Positions 51,691 through 61,803 are shown, numbered from the whole stretch's first letter. The stretch: 61,952 nt of DNA, filler included, from Clostridiaceae bacterium (GCA_012839865.1; 4 parts of 4 records of this genome joined end to end with filler, not necessarily neighbours in it); one strand, 5' to 3'. Numbers and translations: made by a program. Notes: a model not told the origin generated them from the letters alone.

Positions 51691-53124
51691 ATGATAAAGA
51701 TAAGAGAATTGTTTGAACCAAAAGACATGACTGAAGGAACGCCATGGAAGCGAATTGTTGAATTCGCTTTTCCAATGTTGCTTGGCAACATCGCACAGCA
51801 ATTTTATAATACAGCCGATTCTATTATTGTGGGTAAGTATGTCGGAGACAATGCATTGGCTGCTGTAGGCAGTGCAGCACCAATACTTAACCTTTTGCTT
51901 GTTTTGTTTGTTGGTATTGCAATGGGAGCAGGAATAATGGTTTCACAGTATTTTGGAGCAAAGGACCGGCTGCGGCTCTCCCGGACTATCGGTGTATGTA
52001 TTACCCTTACAGCCATAGCATCAATAATCCTTATGATTATTGGGCCTTTGACTGCCCGTCCGCTGTTGGCCGCTCTTAAAACACCTGATTCGATAATTGA
52101 TTGGTGCGATGGTTACCTTGTCATATTTTTTGTGGGCAGTGCCGGGTTCTTTTTCTACAATATTTTCTCAGGTATCCTGAGGGGCCTGGGTGATTCTTTT
52201 TCGGCATTGATGTTTTTGCTGATTTCGACTATGCTTAATGTAGGACTTGATATATGGTTTGTTGCAAGCTTTAAAATGGGCGTCCCGGGAGTTGCACTGG
52301 CGACGGTAATCGCCCAGGGAATATCTGCTGTATTATGTTTAATCAAGCTTATGCGAATGAAAGATATATTCGATCTCAATCTTAAAATGTTGAAGCTTGA
52401 CAGGGAATATTCCTTAAAACTCCTGAAGCTTGGCATGCCGTCAGGGTTGACCCAGGGAATATTCTCACTGGCCATGGTGATAGTGCAATCCCTTACTAAC
52501 AGCTTCGGAGAATTGGTTATTGCCTGCAATGTTATAGTCATGAGAGTCGACGGGTTTGCCATGATGCCCAATTTTACCTTTGGCAGTGCGATGACTACTT
52601 TCACGGGGCAGAATATTGGCGCTAAAAAAATGGACAGAATAGATAAGGGAATGAAGGATGGCTTAAAAATTGCCGTAGGAGTTTCAATTGTAATAACCAT
52701 AATAATTTTGATTTTTGGAAGATACCTTATGAGTATTTTTACTGATACAGCTGAATTGGTCGATCTTAGCATGCGCATGATGCGAATTCTTGCAGTAGGC
52801 TATATTGCAATGGCAGTGACCCAGAGCCTTTCAGGCATAATGAGGGGAGCGGGGGATACCATGACTCCAATGTGGATTTCACTTATTGTCACTGTTGTCC
52901 TGAGAGTTCCTGTAGCTTACACTATTGCCTACTTTACCAGAAGCGCTGCTTATCCTGCGGGAAGGCCTGAATCAACATTTGTTTCACTTTTGGTTGCCTG
53001 GACATGTGGGGCTATTATCACAACATTTTTCTATAAGAAAGGAAAATGGAGAAAGAAAGGCTTAAAGGCCTTTTCACAAGTTTCCGTTACAGGGGATGGC
53101 CATGAAACAGAAGAAAAGAGTTGA
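51691..53124 (+). CDS. MATE family transporter 2
   Basis: DMTEGTPW, YNTADSIIVG, LRGLGDS, GIMRGAGDTMTP; ATG 51691 after AAGGAG. Confidence 0.92.
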   Translation: MIKIRELFEPKDMTEGTPWKRIVEFAFPMLLGNIAQQFYNTADSIIVGKYVGDNALAAVGSAAPILNLLLVLFVGIAMGAGIMVSQYFGAKDRLRLSRTIGVCITLTAIASIILMIIGPLTARPLLAALKTPDSIIDWCDGYLVIFFVGSAGFFFYNIFSGILRGLGDSFSALMFLLISTMLNVGLDIWFVASFKMGVPGVALATVIAQGISAVLCLIKLMRMKDIFDLNLKMLKLDREYSLKLLKLGMPSGLTQGIFSLAMVIVQSLTNSFGELVIACNVIVMRVDGFAMMPNFTFGSAMTTFTGQNIGAKKMDRIDKGMKDGLKIAVGVSIVITIIILIFGRYLMSIFTDTAELVDLSMRMMRILAVGYIAMAVTQSLSGIMRGAGDTMTPMWISLIVTVVLRVPVAYTIAYFTRSAAYPAGRPESTFVSLLVAWTCGAIITTFFYKKGKWRKKGLKAFSQVSVTGDGHETEEKS

Positions 53125-54382
53125 ATGGACAAAACTTGATAATGCTTCTAAAATTTTTCCTGCCACTGCAAATTTTCAGGATACAAAAGTATTTCGGCTT
53201 TCTTGTGAGCTTTATGAGGATGTAGATCCGGAAATTCTTCAGAAAGCCCTGGATGCGACCCTTGAAAAATTTCCTCTATACAGGTCGGTATTAAGGAGAG
53301 GAGTTTTCTGGTACTATTTCGAAAACAGTGATATGAAACCACAAGTAAAAATGGAATCAAATCCTGTTTGCGCGCCTATTTATTTTAAAGAATTAAGAAA
53401 CTTGTTGTTTAGAGTATTTTATTTCAATAAAAGAATAAGCATTGAAGTTTTTCATGCTCTGTCTGACGGAACGGGCGCCCTCTGGTTTTTGCAAACGCTG
53501 GTAGCCAGCTACTTATTGATGAAATATGAGGAGAAGTTCAACGGCAAAGCGCCTGAATTGGCCTATAATGCATCAATCAGCGAAAAAACGGAAGACAGCT
53601 TTGAAAAATATTATACCGGAGGACATGCCTTCAAGCTTTTGAATAAGAGCGGGGAAGGAAAAAGAAGTAAAAAATCCTATCATGTAAAGGGAGCAAGGGT
53701 GGATGAAAACAGGCTGAAGGTAATAGAGGGTTCCATGTCCGCCGAAGATGTTCTAAAGGAAGCGCACCGGTATAACACAACATTAACTGTATTTTTAACA
53801 GCTTTATTCATCTACTCCATATATAAACAGATACCTGCGCATAGCAGGGACTGTGCTGTAGTTATGTCAGTTCCCATCAATCTGAGACAATACTTCAAGT
53901 CTGTTACCGCAAGGAATTTTTTCAGTACCATGAGAATAAGCTGCCATTTTGATGAAAACAATGTGAACTTTGAGGATATAATTCAAAGCGTTAATGAGAG
54001 TTTTCACAAGGAACTGACCAGGGATCGGATGGAGGATTACCTGAACAGGTATATATCCCTCGAGAAGAACCCCTTTACAAGAATTGTGCCGTTGCCGCTT
54101 AAAGAATTGTCTTTAAGGATTGCCAATTATTTCAACAACAAGGATTTGACCGCCTCCATCTCAAATTTAGGCCGGATTTACATGCCGGATGATTTTAGCT
54201 CGTATATACGGCAATTCAGTGTTTTTACCAGTGCAGTAAGACCCCAGATAACCATGTGTACTTACAAGGACAGGCTGGTGGTGGGTTTTAACTCCCCATA
54301 TCTGGAAACCGACATACAGAGAACGTTTTTCAGTTTTCTTGCCGAAAGGGGTATTGAAATTGAGATATCTTCAAACCTGTAA
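53096..54382 (+). CDS. Alcohol acetyltransferase / condensation-domain-like acyltransferase
   Basis: WTKLDNA.KIFPA, FRLSCEL, EVFHALSDGTG (HxxxDG motif), PINLRQYF.S.T.RNFF, SISNLG. Confidence 0.8.
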   Translation: MAMKQKKRVEWTKLDNASKIFPATANFQDTKVFRLSCELYEDVDPEILQKALDATLEKFPLYRSVLRRGVFWYYFENSDMKPQVKMESNPVCAPIYFKELRNLLFRVFYFNKRISIEVFHALSDGTGALWFLQTLVASYLLMKYEEKFNGKAPELAYNASISEKTEDSFEKYYTGGHAFKLLNKSGEGKRSKKSYHVKGARVDENRLKVIEGSMSAEDVLKEAHRYNTTLTVFLTALFIYSIYKQIPAHSRDCAVVMSVPINLRQYFKSVTARNFFSTMRISCHFDENNVNFEDIIQSVNESFHKELTRDRMEDYLNRYISLEKNPFTRIVPLPLKELSLRIANYFNNKDLTASISNLGRIYMPDDFSSYIRQFSVFTSAVRPQITMCTYKDRLVVGFNSPYLETDIQRTFFSFLAERGIEIEISSNL

Positions 54383-54456
54383 CAGGAGAGGTAACGGTAA
54401 ACGGGCAACGCACAATAAGGGTAAGATTTGGTACCATACCGGAGGTGAAGTGGACT

Positions 54457-55119
54457 ATGCAGTATTGCAATTACTGTCATGTTAATATTCGTGGTGATAT
54501 GGAAAAATGCCCGCTGTGCATGAATACCTTGCCTGATGGCGGCGAAATACAGGAGAAGGTGTTTCCCCATATACCTCCTGTGTATGTACGGCACATGGCT
54601 ATAAGGATAATGGCTTTTGTTTCGGTGGTGGTAATAGTCTCGAGTTTTACCATATCCAGATTTTTTATGTTGTTTAACAACTGGTTCAGATATGTTTTGT
54701 TTGGTGTTATCAGCATGTGGATCAGCCTGGCCCTGGTTATCAGAAAAAGGCACAACATATCAAAAAATATTATGTGGCAGGTAACGGTTGTTTCACTGCT
54801 TTCCATCCTTTGGGACTGGGCAACAGACTGGCGGGGCTGGTCCCTGGAATACTTAATACCTATTGCAAATGTATCTGCCATGGTTGTGATGTATATAACG
54901 GCGAAAGCCATGAGATTGAGCGTCAGGGATTATATTGCCTACTTTTTCCTGTCAGGACTGTTTGGCATAATTCCAATACTATTCATACTTTTTGGTTGGG
55001 TCAATGTAGTTTATCCGTCCACAATTTGTGTAGCGGTAAGTATTATATTTTTGTCTGCCATATTGATATTTCAGGGCGAGAATATAATCAATGAGCTGAG
55101 TAAAAGAATGCATATATAA
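54457..55119 (+). CDS. DUF6320-like membrane protein with N-terminal zinc ribbon
   Basis: YCNYC.VNI......CPLC then about six TMs, GWSLEYLIP; ATG after GGAGGTG. Confidence 0.7.
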   Translation: MQYCNYCHVNIRGDMEKCPLCMNTLPDGGEIQEKVFPHIPPVYVRHMAIRIMAFVSVVVIVSSFTISRFFMLFNNWFRYVLFGVISMWISLALVIRKRHNISKNIMWQVTVVSLLSILWDWATDWRGWSLEYLIPIANVSAMVVMYITAKAMRLSVRDYIAYFFLSGLFGIIPILFILFGWVNVVYPSTICVAVSIIFLSAILIFQGENIINELSKRMHI

Positions 55120-55121
55120 AA

Positions 55122-55162
55122 GGGACCAGGGAGGGATCACAAGAACCGTCCCCCTGGTCTCT
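55122..55162. repeat. REP-like unit between convergent genes
   Basis: GACCAGG...GATCACAAGAACCGTCCCCCTGGTC, same family as 2291-2317. Confidence 0.8.
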
Positions 55163-55178
55163 CAATTTGTATTATAGG

Positions 55179-56549
55179 CTACTCATTACCGTTTGTATCG
55201 GCGGGGTTAACCTGTACGTCAAATGTTGCTGTCTTTGTAATTTCACCTTCAGTATAGCTTACTGTTACAGTAACCGTACCTTCTGTGTTCAATGCTTCAC
55301 CTTCAACCGGATTGGTGGTATAACCGGTTACAGCATTGGTGCTGCCGTCACTGTAGGTGGCGGTTATAACCAGCCCGGTTAAATCCAGTGCTTCACCGAC
55401 TGTATAGGTTGTCTTGTTTGGTCCGCTTGTAACCTCTATTGACTCCAGGGTTGCAGGTTCCGGTTCGCCATCAGTAACCTCCACATCAAAGGATGTGGTC
55501 ACTGTAATGTCTCCTTCGGTATAGCTGACTACTACATTTACCGTGCCTTCGGTGTCAAGGGTTGTGCCTTCGGCAGGGTCGGTCGTGTAGCCTGTTACAA
55601 CAGCCTGCGATCCGTCACTGTAGGTAGCTGTAATAACAAGTCCTGTTAAATCCAATGCCTCTCCGACAGTGTAGGTGGTCTTGTCAGGCTCGCTTGTAAC
55701 TTCAATTGACTCCAGTACGGGTGGTATATCTTCAAATTCTGCTGTTATGAGCACGTCCTCCGGAGGCATTATGAAGGTGTTGCCTTCTATAGGGGTGTCA
55801 TTGTATTTCAGAGTACCGGGTTTCAACTGTTTGCCTTCATCTGGTATTACATCCAGCGATATAAGTGTGCCGGCCCGGGCTCTGGCATGACTTGCTGTAA
55901 TTGTACCGCCTTCAAGGGGAGCGATTGTAATTGTGTATTTTGGCAATGACAAGTTGTATACAAGCTTGCAAAGCTCCGCCCTTGTTACAGGCTCCTGAGG
56001 CATGAAGTTTTCTTTATCAAACAATCCTTCAAACACTTCAGCGTTGATGCAAGATGAGATTCCATCCCGTGCCCATTCGGATATGGACTCATGGTCTGTA
56101 TATTGCTTATATGCATCCGGATCCTCTGCACCAAGCTTATAAGTCTTCTTGGTAAGCAGGGCCAACTGTTCTCTTGTAATGTAGCTGTCCGGTGAGAAAC
56201 TGGTTTCACTTACACCTTTTACAATGCCAAGGCTGTTTAAAACAATGACTGCATTATCCCAGTAATTTGCAAGCTGTGTGATGTCTGCAAACTTGTGGTT
56301 TTTGTCCCTGATGCTCAGTATACGGCACCAGAGAACGGCAAGTTGTGCTCTGGTAAGCTTGGCATCCGGCATGAATGTGGTTTCATCAATTCCAACTACA
56401 TAACCCTTTTGCTGACAGAATTCAATAGCATCTTTATAAGGATGGTCTTCCGGTACGTCGGTAAAAGTCTGGGCAAATGAAATAGTGACTAAACCGGACG
56501 TAGCCAATATAAATATTAAAACAACTGTGAATAGTTTTTTTATTTTCAT
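55179..56549 (-). CDS. S-layer homology (SLH) protein with InlB-like repeat and two Ig-like (Big_3-type) domains
   Basis: FTDV..H.Y..AI, F.PD..LTRAQ, F.P...ITREQ, F.P...VTRAE; duplicated LESIEVTS.P.KTTY.VGEALDLTGLVITATYSDGS. Confidence 0.88.
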   Translation of the reverse strand: MKIKKLFTVVLIFILATSGLVTISFAQTFTDVPEDHPYKDAIEFCQQKGYVVGIDETTFMPDAKLTRAQLAVLWCRILSIRDKNHKFADITQLANYWDNAVIVLNSLGIVKGVSETSFSPDSYITREQLALLTKKTYKLGAEDPDAYKQYTDHESISEWARDGISSCINAEVFEGLFDKENFMPQEPVTRAELCKLVYNLSLPKYTITIAPLEGGTITASHARARAGTLISLDVIPDEGKQLKPGTLKYNDTPIEGNTFIMPPEDVLITAEFEDIPPVLESIEVTSEPDKTTYTVGEALDLTGLVITATYSDGSQAVVTGYTTDPAEGTTLDTEGTVNVVVSYTEGDITVTTSFDVEVTDGEPEPATLESIEVTSGPNKTTYTVGEALDLTGLVITATYSDGSTNAVTGYTTNPVEGEALNTEGTVTVTVSYTEGEITKTATFDVQVNPADTNGNE

Positions 56550-56970
56550 CAGCATCTCCCTTCTTTGCCGGCAAATTGTCAAATGCTGCTTAACCGGCCA
56601 AAATTTAAAAATGCATTCTTGTTATAAGAATACAGACATATTTTTTGCAGTATCATTTCATTTATATCAAGTAGTTAAATGAAACAGTGATAATTAAATC
56701 TAAAACAAATAGATTTTACTGATTGTTCATTTATTAACCACGACAATGGCAATTGCTGCCGTAGGTGACAGTATTAGAGACGTTGTCCATGAAGTTGTTG
56801 TAGACATTTTTGTGGAAAAAATAAAAATCAATTGACAATTTATTGCAATAAAATATAAGCTTATAGTTGAAATAAGTATAACAAAAATTATTTTGCAGCG
56901 AGCATATTTTAATGAATTGATAACACTATCACTATCAATGCTTTTACTAATCGGGTAAGGAGAGCTAATC

Positions 56971-57282
56971 ATGTTTGGCAGCCGTTCCAAAGAAAAGGGT
57001 GACAAATACATAAATTTACAGAAACTTGATAAAAAGGAAGTTAAATATGTAACAAAAAGAGAGAAAGGGAGTTCGGAAATTGTCATAGGGAAAAACGGTA
57101 TCATAAACATAGTGAATGATGAAATTTCTATTATTAGTGCGAATGATATTATACTGAGAAAAAAGATTGCGGATATAGATATTGCCGAGCTAATGAGCCT
57201 GAATGGCGTGGTTATTACTCATAAAGATAAAGATGCAGGAGAAACAGAAGTATTCACTGCCTATTACAAATACCACCGGTAA
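56971..57282 (+). CDS. Hypothetical protein (beta-rich)
   Basis: RBS AAGGAG; 103 aa; KYVT.R...EIVIGK.G, ELMSL.GV, AYY. Confidence 0.7.
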   Translation: MFGSRSKEKGDKYINLQKLDKKEVKYVTKREKGSSEIVIGKNGIINIVNDEISIISANDIILRKKIADIDIAELMSLNGVVITHKDKDAGETEVFTAYYKYHR

Positions 57283-57324
57283 AAGGATTAAAGGGATTTA
57301 AAACATTTAAAAGGAGGAATTGCT

Positions 57325-57681
57325 GTGGAAGACAAGATAATGCAGCTCTTAAGTAATAAAATTGTTTCTTCACCGCTTTTTAAAATTATGGTAGTTGATA
57401 AGGACATGAATTTGATCTGGTGCAACAAGGCTCATGCAGACATGTTTCCCGGAGAAGAACTGGTTGGCAGAAAGTGCTACGAAACCTTGGGGGATACAAA
57501 AGTGCATAAAGGATGTCCTACTTGCGTCGCCCTTGGCACCGGCAAGCAAGTACGGGGGTTGTATGATTTTGGAGAAACAAACTCTCAGATAGTCACAATT
57601 CCCCTTGGAGAAGGTTTAGTTGCAAAAATAATGATGGATGTTCCCAAAAATGCCGATGGCAGGCTGGAACTCTTCGAATAA
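57325..57681 (+). CDS. Stand-alone PAS-domain-like protein
   Basis: RBS AAGGAGG, GTG start; IMVVDKD.NLIW.N, LVGRKCYE.L, CPTC. Confidence 0.65.
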   Translation: MEDKIMQLLSNKIVSSPLFKIMVVDKDMNLIWCNKAHADMFPGEELVGRKCYETLGDTKVHKGCPTCVALGTGKQVRGLYDFGETNSQIVTIPLGEGLVAKIMMDVPKNADGRLELFE

Positions 57682-57720
57682 GTCAGGAAAGGGATTTTCA
57701 AAAATTCTCATTTATTTGGG

Positions 57721-57786
57721 TTTTTCATGAAAAAGGTATTCCGGTTTCATGAAATAATAAATCTGAAAATTATATTTTCATGAAAA
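57721..57786. promoter_or_regulatory. Three TTTCATGAAA palindromes upstream of ddh
   Basis: 57721-57734 TTTTTCATGAAAAA, 57745-57754, 57775-57786. Confidence 0.65.
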
Positions 57787-57887
57787 AAATTTAAGAAATT
57801 TTTATTGTAATTGTTTTATATGATAATTAGAATAAAATAAATAGAGTGGTTATTGTTTGTACATCTAAAAGAAAGGATCAGGCCAAT

Positions 57888-58865
57888 ATGATAAGAATCG
57901 GAATTGTAGGATATGGAAACCTTGGAAAAGGTGTTGAACTTGCAATAAGTCAAAATGAAGACATGAAGCTTGTTGCGGTATTTTCAAGAAGAGAGCTTGG
58001 GGCGGGAACCTTGAAGAGTCCGGATACAAAATTGCTGCACATTTCAAAAGCCCCCGAAATGCAGAATGAAATTGACGTTATGATACTTTGCGGAGGTTCC
58101 GCTACCGATTTGCCGGAGCAGGGACCAATGTTTGCCAGATTGTTTAATACGGTTGACAGCTTTGACACCCATGCAAAAATTCCTGCGTTTTATGAAGCCA
58201 TGGATGAGGCTGCAAAAGCAGGTAATAATGTCGCAATAATATCTGCCGGCTGGGACCCGGGTCTCTTTTCAATGAACAGGGTTCTTGCGGACGCGGTACT
58301 TCCGAAGGGAAACGGATACACATTTTGGGGCAAAGGTGTCAGCCAGGGGCATTCAGATGCCATTCGAAGAGTTAAGGGCGTGAAGTACGGCGTGCAGTAT
58401 ACCGTGCCAAAAGAGGAAGCTCTTCAAAAGGTAAGAAGCGGAGAAAATCCCAGGCTTTCAACAAGACAAATGCACCTTAGGGATTGTTATGTGGTGGCGG
58501 AAGATGGAGCCGACAAAAGGGCCATTGAGGAAGAAATCAGGAATATGCCCAACTATTTTGCAGACTATGATACAAAGGTAACATTTATTTCAGAGGACGA
58601 ATTTTTCAAAAATCATACAGCGATGCCCCATGGTGGATTTGTCATGCGAAGTGGAATTACAGCGGATAACAGCAATCATATAGTGGAGTTTTCACTAAAG
58701 CTTGACAGTAATCCCATGTTCACAGCAAGCGTACTGGTGGCTTTCGCCAGAGCTGCATACAAGCTGAGCAGGGAAGGGCATAAAGGCGCAAAGACCGTAC
58801 TGGATATTCCCCTTGCCTACCTGTCACCCAAAACACCGGAGCAGCTAAGAAAAGAGTTTATTTAA
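57888..58865 (+). CDS. ddh: meso-diaminopimelate D-dehydrogenase
   Basis: IGIVGYGNLG, LCGGSATDL, TVDSFDTHA, GWDPGLFS, TFWGKGVSQGHSDAIRR, HGG. Confidence 0.96.
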   Translation: MIRIGIVGYGNLGKGVELAISQNEDMKLVAVFSRRELGAGTLKSPDTKLLHISKAPEMQNEIDVMILCGGSATDLPEQGPMFARLFNTVDSFDTHAKIPAFYEAMDEAAKAGNNVAIISAGWDPGLFSMNRVLADAVLPKGNGYTFWGKGVSQGHSDAIRRVKGVKYGVQYTVPKEEALQKVRSGENPRLSTRQMHLRDCYVVAEDGADKRAIEEEIRNMPNYFADYDTKVTFISEDEFFKNHTAMPHGGFVMRSGITADNSNHIVEFSLKLDSNPMFTASVLVAFARAAYKLSREGHKGAKTVLDIPLAYLSPKTPEQLRKEFI

Positions 58866-59697
58866 TGCAATTGCTTGAAGGGGCATTAGTTTGAGGTGGA
58901 ATTTGCTTTTTCAATTAAGGGTTTTGGTAGAAGCTAAGGATTTCCACTTGCAATAATTGACAAAAAGGAAAAGTTATGAAATATTAACATATATTATTTA
59001 TTGAAATGGAGCGCAACAATGTTTTTAAAGTAATCTCAAATTAACTGATAATAAGTTGCAATAGTCCGATTGTTCGGGCTTTGTTGTGTTGTCGGAATTG
59101 GGATTGCTTAACCGGGTTGAATCGGTTTGCCATTGATTGCGCTATATTATGCAAGATAAATGATGTATTTTTATGGCTTAAATTATATAATAAGCAACTC
59201 CATTTTCGGCGATGAAATAATCGTTAAAATGGAGTTTTTAATTTCAGGTCGGAATCAGGCATGAGTGTGACTCGTGAAGTTGAATTGCTGATTGAAAAAA
59301 TCAGTATGACATTACGCAGGCAGTAATAATGAAAACTTATATTTATGACGAAACAATCTGTCCTGCAAAATTAATGAGAGTGGGTTGCTTTTAAAAATTT
59401 GTAGTTATGAATGCCGGGCAATATTAACAGTGGGGATTGCAACACCTATTGACAATTAAATAACAATAGTTAATAATGGTTTTGTTGCCCAATTTTGAAT
59501 ATTTATAATTATCAATTCCCCAAGGCAATATGTTATGGCATTTGCCGGAAAGTCTGACCTTAAGAGCATCAGATAATCAAGCATTTCTGTCCATTCGGGT
59601 CATGACACCGTGCATGGCCTATAAACCGGCGAATTTGGCTTTACGGGTGAAGGTTGCCGGGAGTATTGGGAAATCTGTAAATTCAAAAAGAAAGTGA

Positions 59698-60441
59698 ATG
59701 GGGGAGCTTATGTTAGAGGTTAAAAATTTGTCCAAACATTTTGGTGATGTGAAAGCTGTCAACGATATCAGCTTTAGTGTGGGAAAAGGTGAGGTGTTCG
59801 GCCTTCTGGGAGAGAACGGGGCAGGCAAAACTACAACCTTGAGACTCCTTGCCACCATGTTGAAACCTACTTCGGGAACTGCACTGGTAGGGGACTATGA
59901 CCTTGTCCGGGAACCTGAAAGGGTAAGGAGAAACATCGGCATACTCTTTGGCGGGGAGAGCGGGCTTTATGACAGGCTAACCGCTGCTGAAAACATTGCT
60001 TACTTCGGTGAACTCAACAATATGGAAAAATCTGAACTTGACAGAAGAGTCAGGGAGTTGGCGGAAATCTTTGGCATGGAGGAATACATTAACAAAAGAG
60101 CTGGCAAGTTTTCCAAAGGAATGAAGCAAAAAGTTGCCTTTGCGCGATCCATAGTACATAACCCTCAAATCATGCTGTTTGATGAACCTACCTCAGGGCT
60201 TGATGTGAGTGCAGTCAGGGATGTTCACGAGTTTATCCAAAAGTGCCGGGATGAAGGCAAGACCATTGTTTTTTCAAGCCACTCCATGAGTGAAGTTGAG
60301 AAGTTATGTGACAGGGTAGGAATAATTCATAAGGGAAATCTGATTGCAATCGGAACAATTGAAGAATTAAGCTCTAAATTCAAAGGAGATTCCCTTGAAA
60401 ACATATTTGTAAAACTGGTAGGTGAAAAGAATGAACATTAA
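59698..60441 (+). CDS. natA: ABC exporter ATP-binding protein, NatA-like
   Basis: GENGAGKTT, FSKGMKQKV, FDEPTSGLD, SSHSMSEVEKLCDR. Confidence 0.8.
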   Translation: MGELMLEVKNLSKHFGDVKAVNDISFSVGKGEVFGLLGENGAGKTTTLRLLATMLKPTSGTALVGDYDLVREPERVRRNIGILFGGESGLYDRLTAAENIAYFGELNNMEKSELDRRVRELAEIFGMEEYINKRAGKFSKGMKQKVAFARSIVHNPQIMLFDEPTSGLDVSAVRDVHEFIQKCRDEGKTIVFSSHSMSEVEKLCDRVGIIHKGNLIAIGTIEELSSKFKGDSLENIFVKLVGEKNEH

Positions 60442-61648
60442 GCATGTTTTTACAGTCTTTAAAAAAGAAGTAAGGGATATTGCCAGGGACAGAAAGACAT
60501 TGCTGACAAACCTTATTGTTCCAATTATAATGATGCCTGTGTTCATTACATTGATGGGCGGGAGCATTGAAAGGATGGGAAAAGACATCAGCGAAAACAT
60601 AACAGTGGCATTATCTGAGAATTCCTATACTGATGAGATACGGAATCTGGTTGAGGGAGAAATATTCAAAGACTATCCAAATATAAGTGTAAACGGAGTT
60701 GTTTCCGACCCGATACAATCTGTTCGTAATGATGAAGTGAGATTTGTCATTGAAGTTGAACCTGATTTCGCAGAAAAGCTTGCTATGGGACAGCCATACA
60801 ATATTACTGTAATATATGACCAGTCCGATACCAAGTCAAGCGGCAGTTATGGAATCATAGCCAGTGCTATAAACGAATACAATCAGAAAGTTGTACATAA
60901 GCGGCTTGAGAGCATGAATATAGATCCCGGAATTCTGGAGCCTGTGAAAATTGTTCAAAGTAATGCAGCTATCGAAAAGGCCGGCAGCAATATGATGATA
61001 ATGATGATGATCCCCATGCTGGTTTCCATGCTTATTGCAGTCGGTGGAATTCCGGCAGCTACTGATCTGGTGGCGGGAGAGAAGGAGAGGGGTACCTTTG
61101 AGCCTCTTCTTACAACGCAATCAAGCAGGATGTCCATCCTCCTGGGCAAGTACTTTACAGTTACCCTGTTTTCCATAGTAAGTGTCATTGCTCAATTCAC
61201 GGGGCTGGTTGTTGCAATTTTAATGAAACCTTCTTTTTTCAATATGGCCAATCCCGGCGGAAGTATAAGTGTGTCTATTCCTCCTGCTGCATTGATACTG
61301 TCAATCCTTATTACGATAACCCTTGGTATGGTTTTCGCAAGCCTGCAGCTTGCCGTCAGCACCTACGCAAGATCCTTCAAGGAGGCACAGACATATTTGT
61401 CTTTCTTTATATTCATTGCCATGATCCCTGCGTATGCAACAATGATGATGCAGCCTGATGACATAAAGTTTGTTATGTTCTTTATACCTTTGATGAATGC
61501 AATTGCATCCCTTAAAATGGTGCTGGGAAATGTAATAAACTATACCAACCTGGTGGTTGCCCTTGGTACATCTGTCTTGTATGTAATAATATCACTTGTT
61601 TTTACCGCATCCCTGTTTAACAGGGAGGAAGTCCTATTCAGGAGCTGA
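60431..61648 (+). CDS. natB: ABC exporter permease, NatB-like
   Basis: KKEVRDI.RD.KT, AGEKERGTFEPLL, ARSFKEAQTY. Confidence 0.8.
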   Translation: MNIKHVFTVFKKEVRDIARDRKTLLTNLIVPIIMMPVFITLMGGSIERMGKDISENITVALSENSYTDEIRNLVEGEIFKDYPNISVNGVVSDPIQSVRNDEVRFVIEVEPDFAEKLAMGQPYNITVIYDQSDTKSSGSYGIIASAINEYNQKVVHKRLESMNIDPGILEPVKIVQSNAAIEKAGSNMMIMMMIPMLVSMLIAVGGIPAATDLVAGEKERGTFEPLLTTQSSRMSILLGKYFTVTLFSIVSVIAQFTGLVVAILMKPSFFNMANPGGSISVSIPPAALILSILITITLGMVFASLQLAVSTYARSFKEAQTYLSFFIFIAMIPAYATMMMQPDDIKFVMFFIPLMNAIASLKMVLGNVINYTNLVVALGTSVLYVIISLVFTASLFNREEVLFRS

Positions 61649-61769
61649 TATAAAAAACACAGGGGTAAAAAGAGGGAGAGAAGAAAATCAAGGGAAATAA
61701 GCAGCAGGGTGTAAGGTTGTAAAAAATAATGGATTAAATAAAATGATATGAAAGCAAATTATAAACGGG

Positions 61770-61803
61770 AAAGCAAAAAGAGTTGTTCTTTTTGCTTTTC
61801 TTT
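61770..61803 (+). terminator. Rho-independent terminator (possibly bidirectional)
   Basis: AAGCAAAAAG / CTTTTTGCTT stem followed by T-rich tract. Confidence 0.65.

Noticed and set aside
56727..57110. 127-aa minus-strand ORF
   Set aside because: Low-complexity shadow overlapping the better-supported plus-strand gene 56971-57282.
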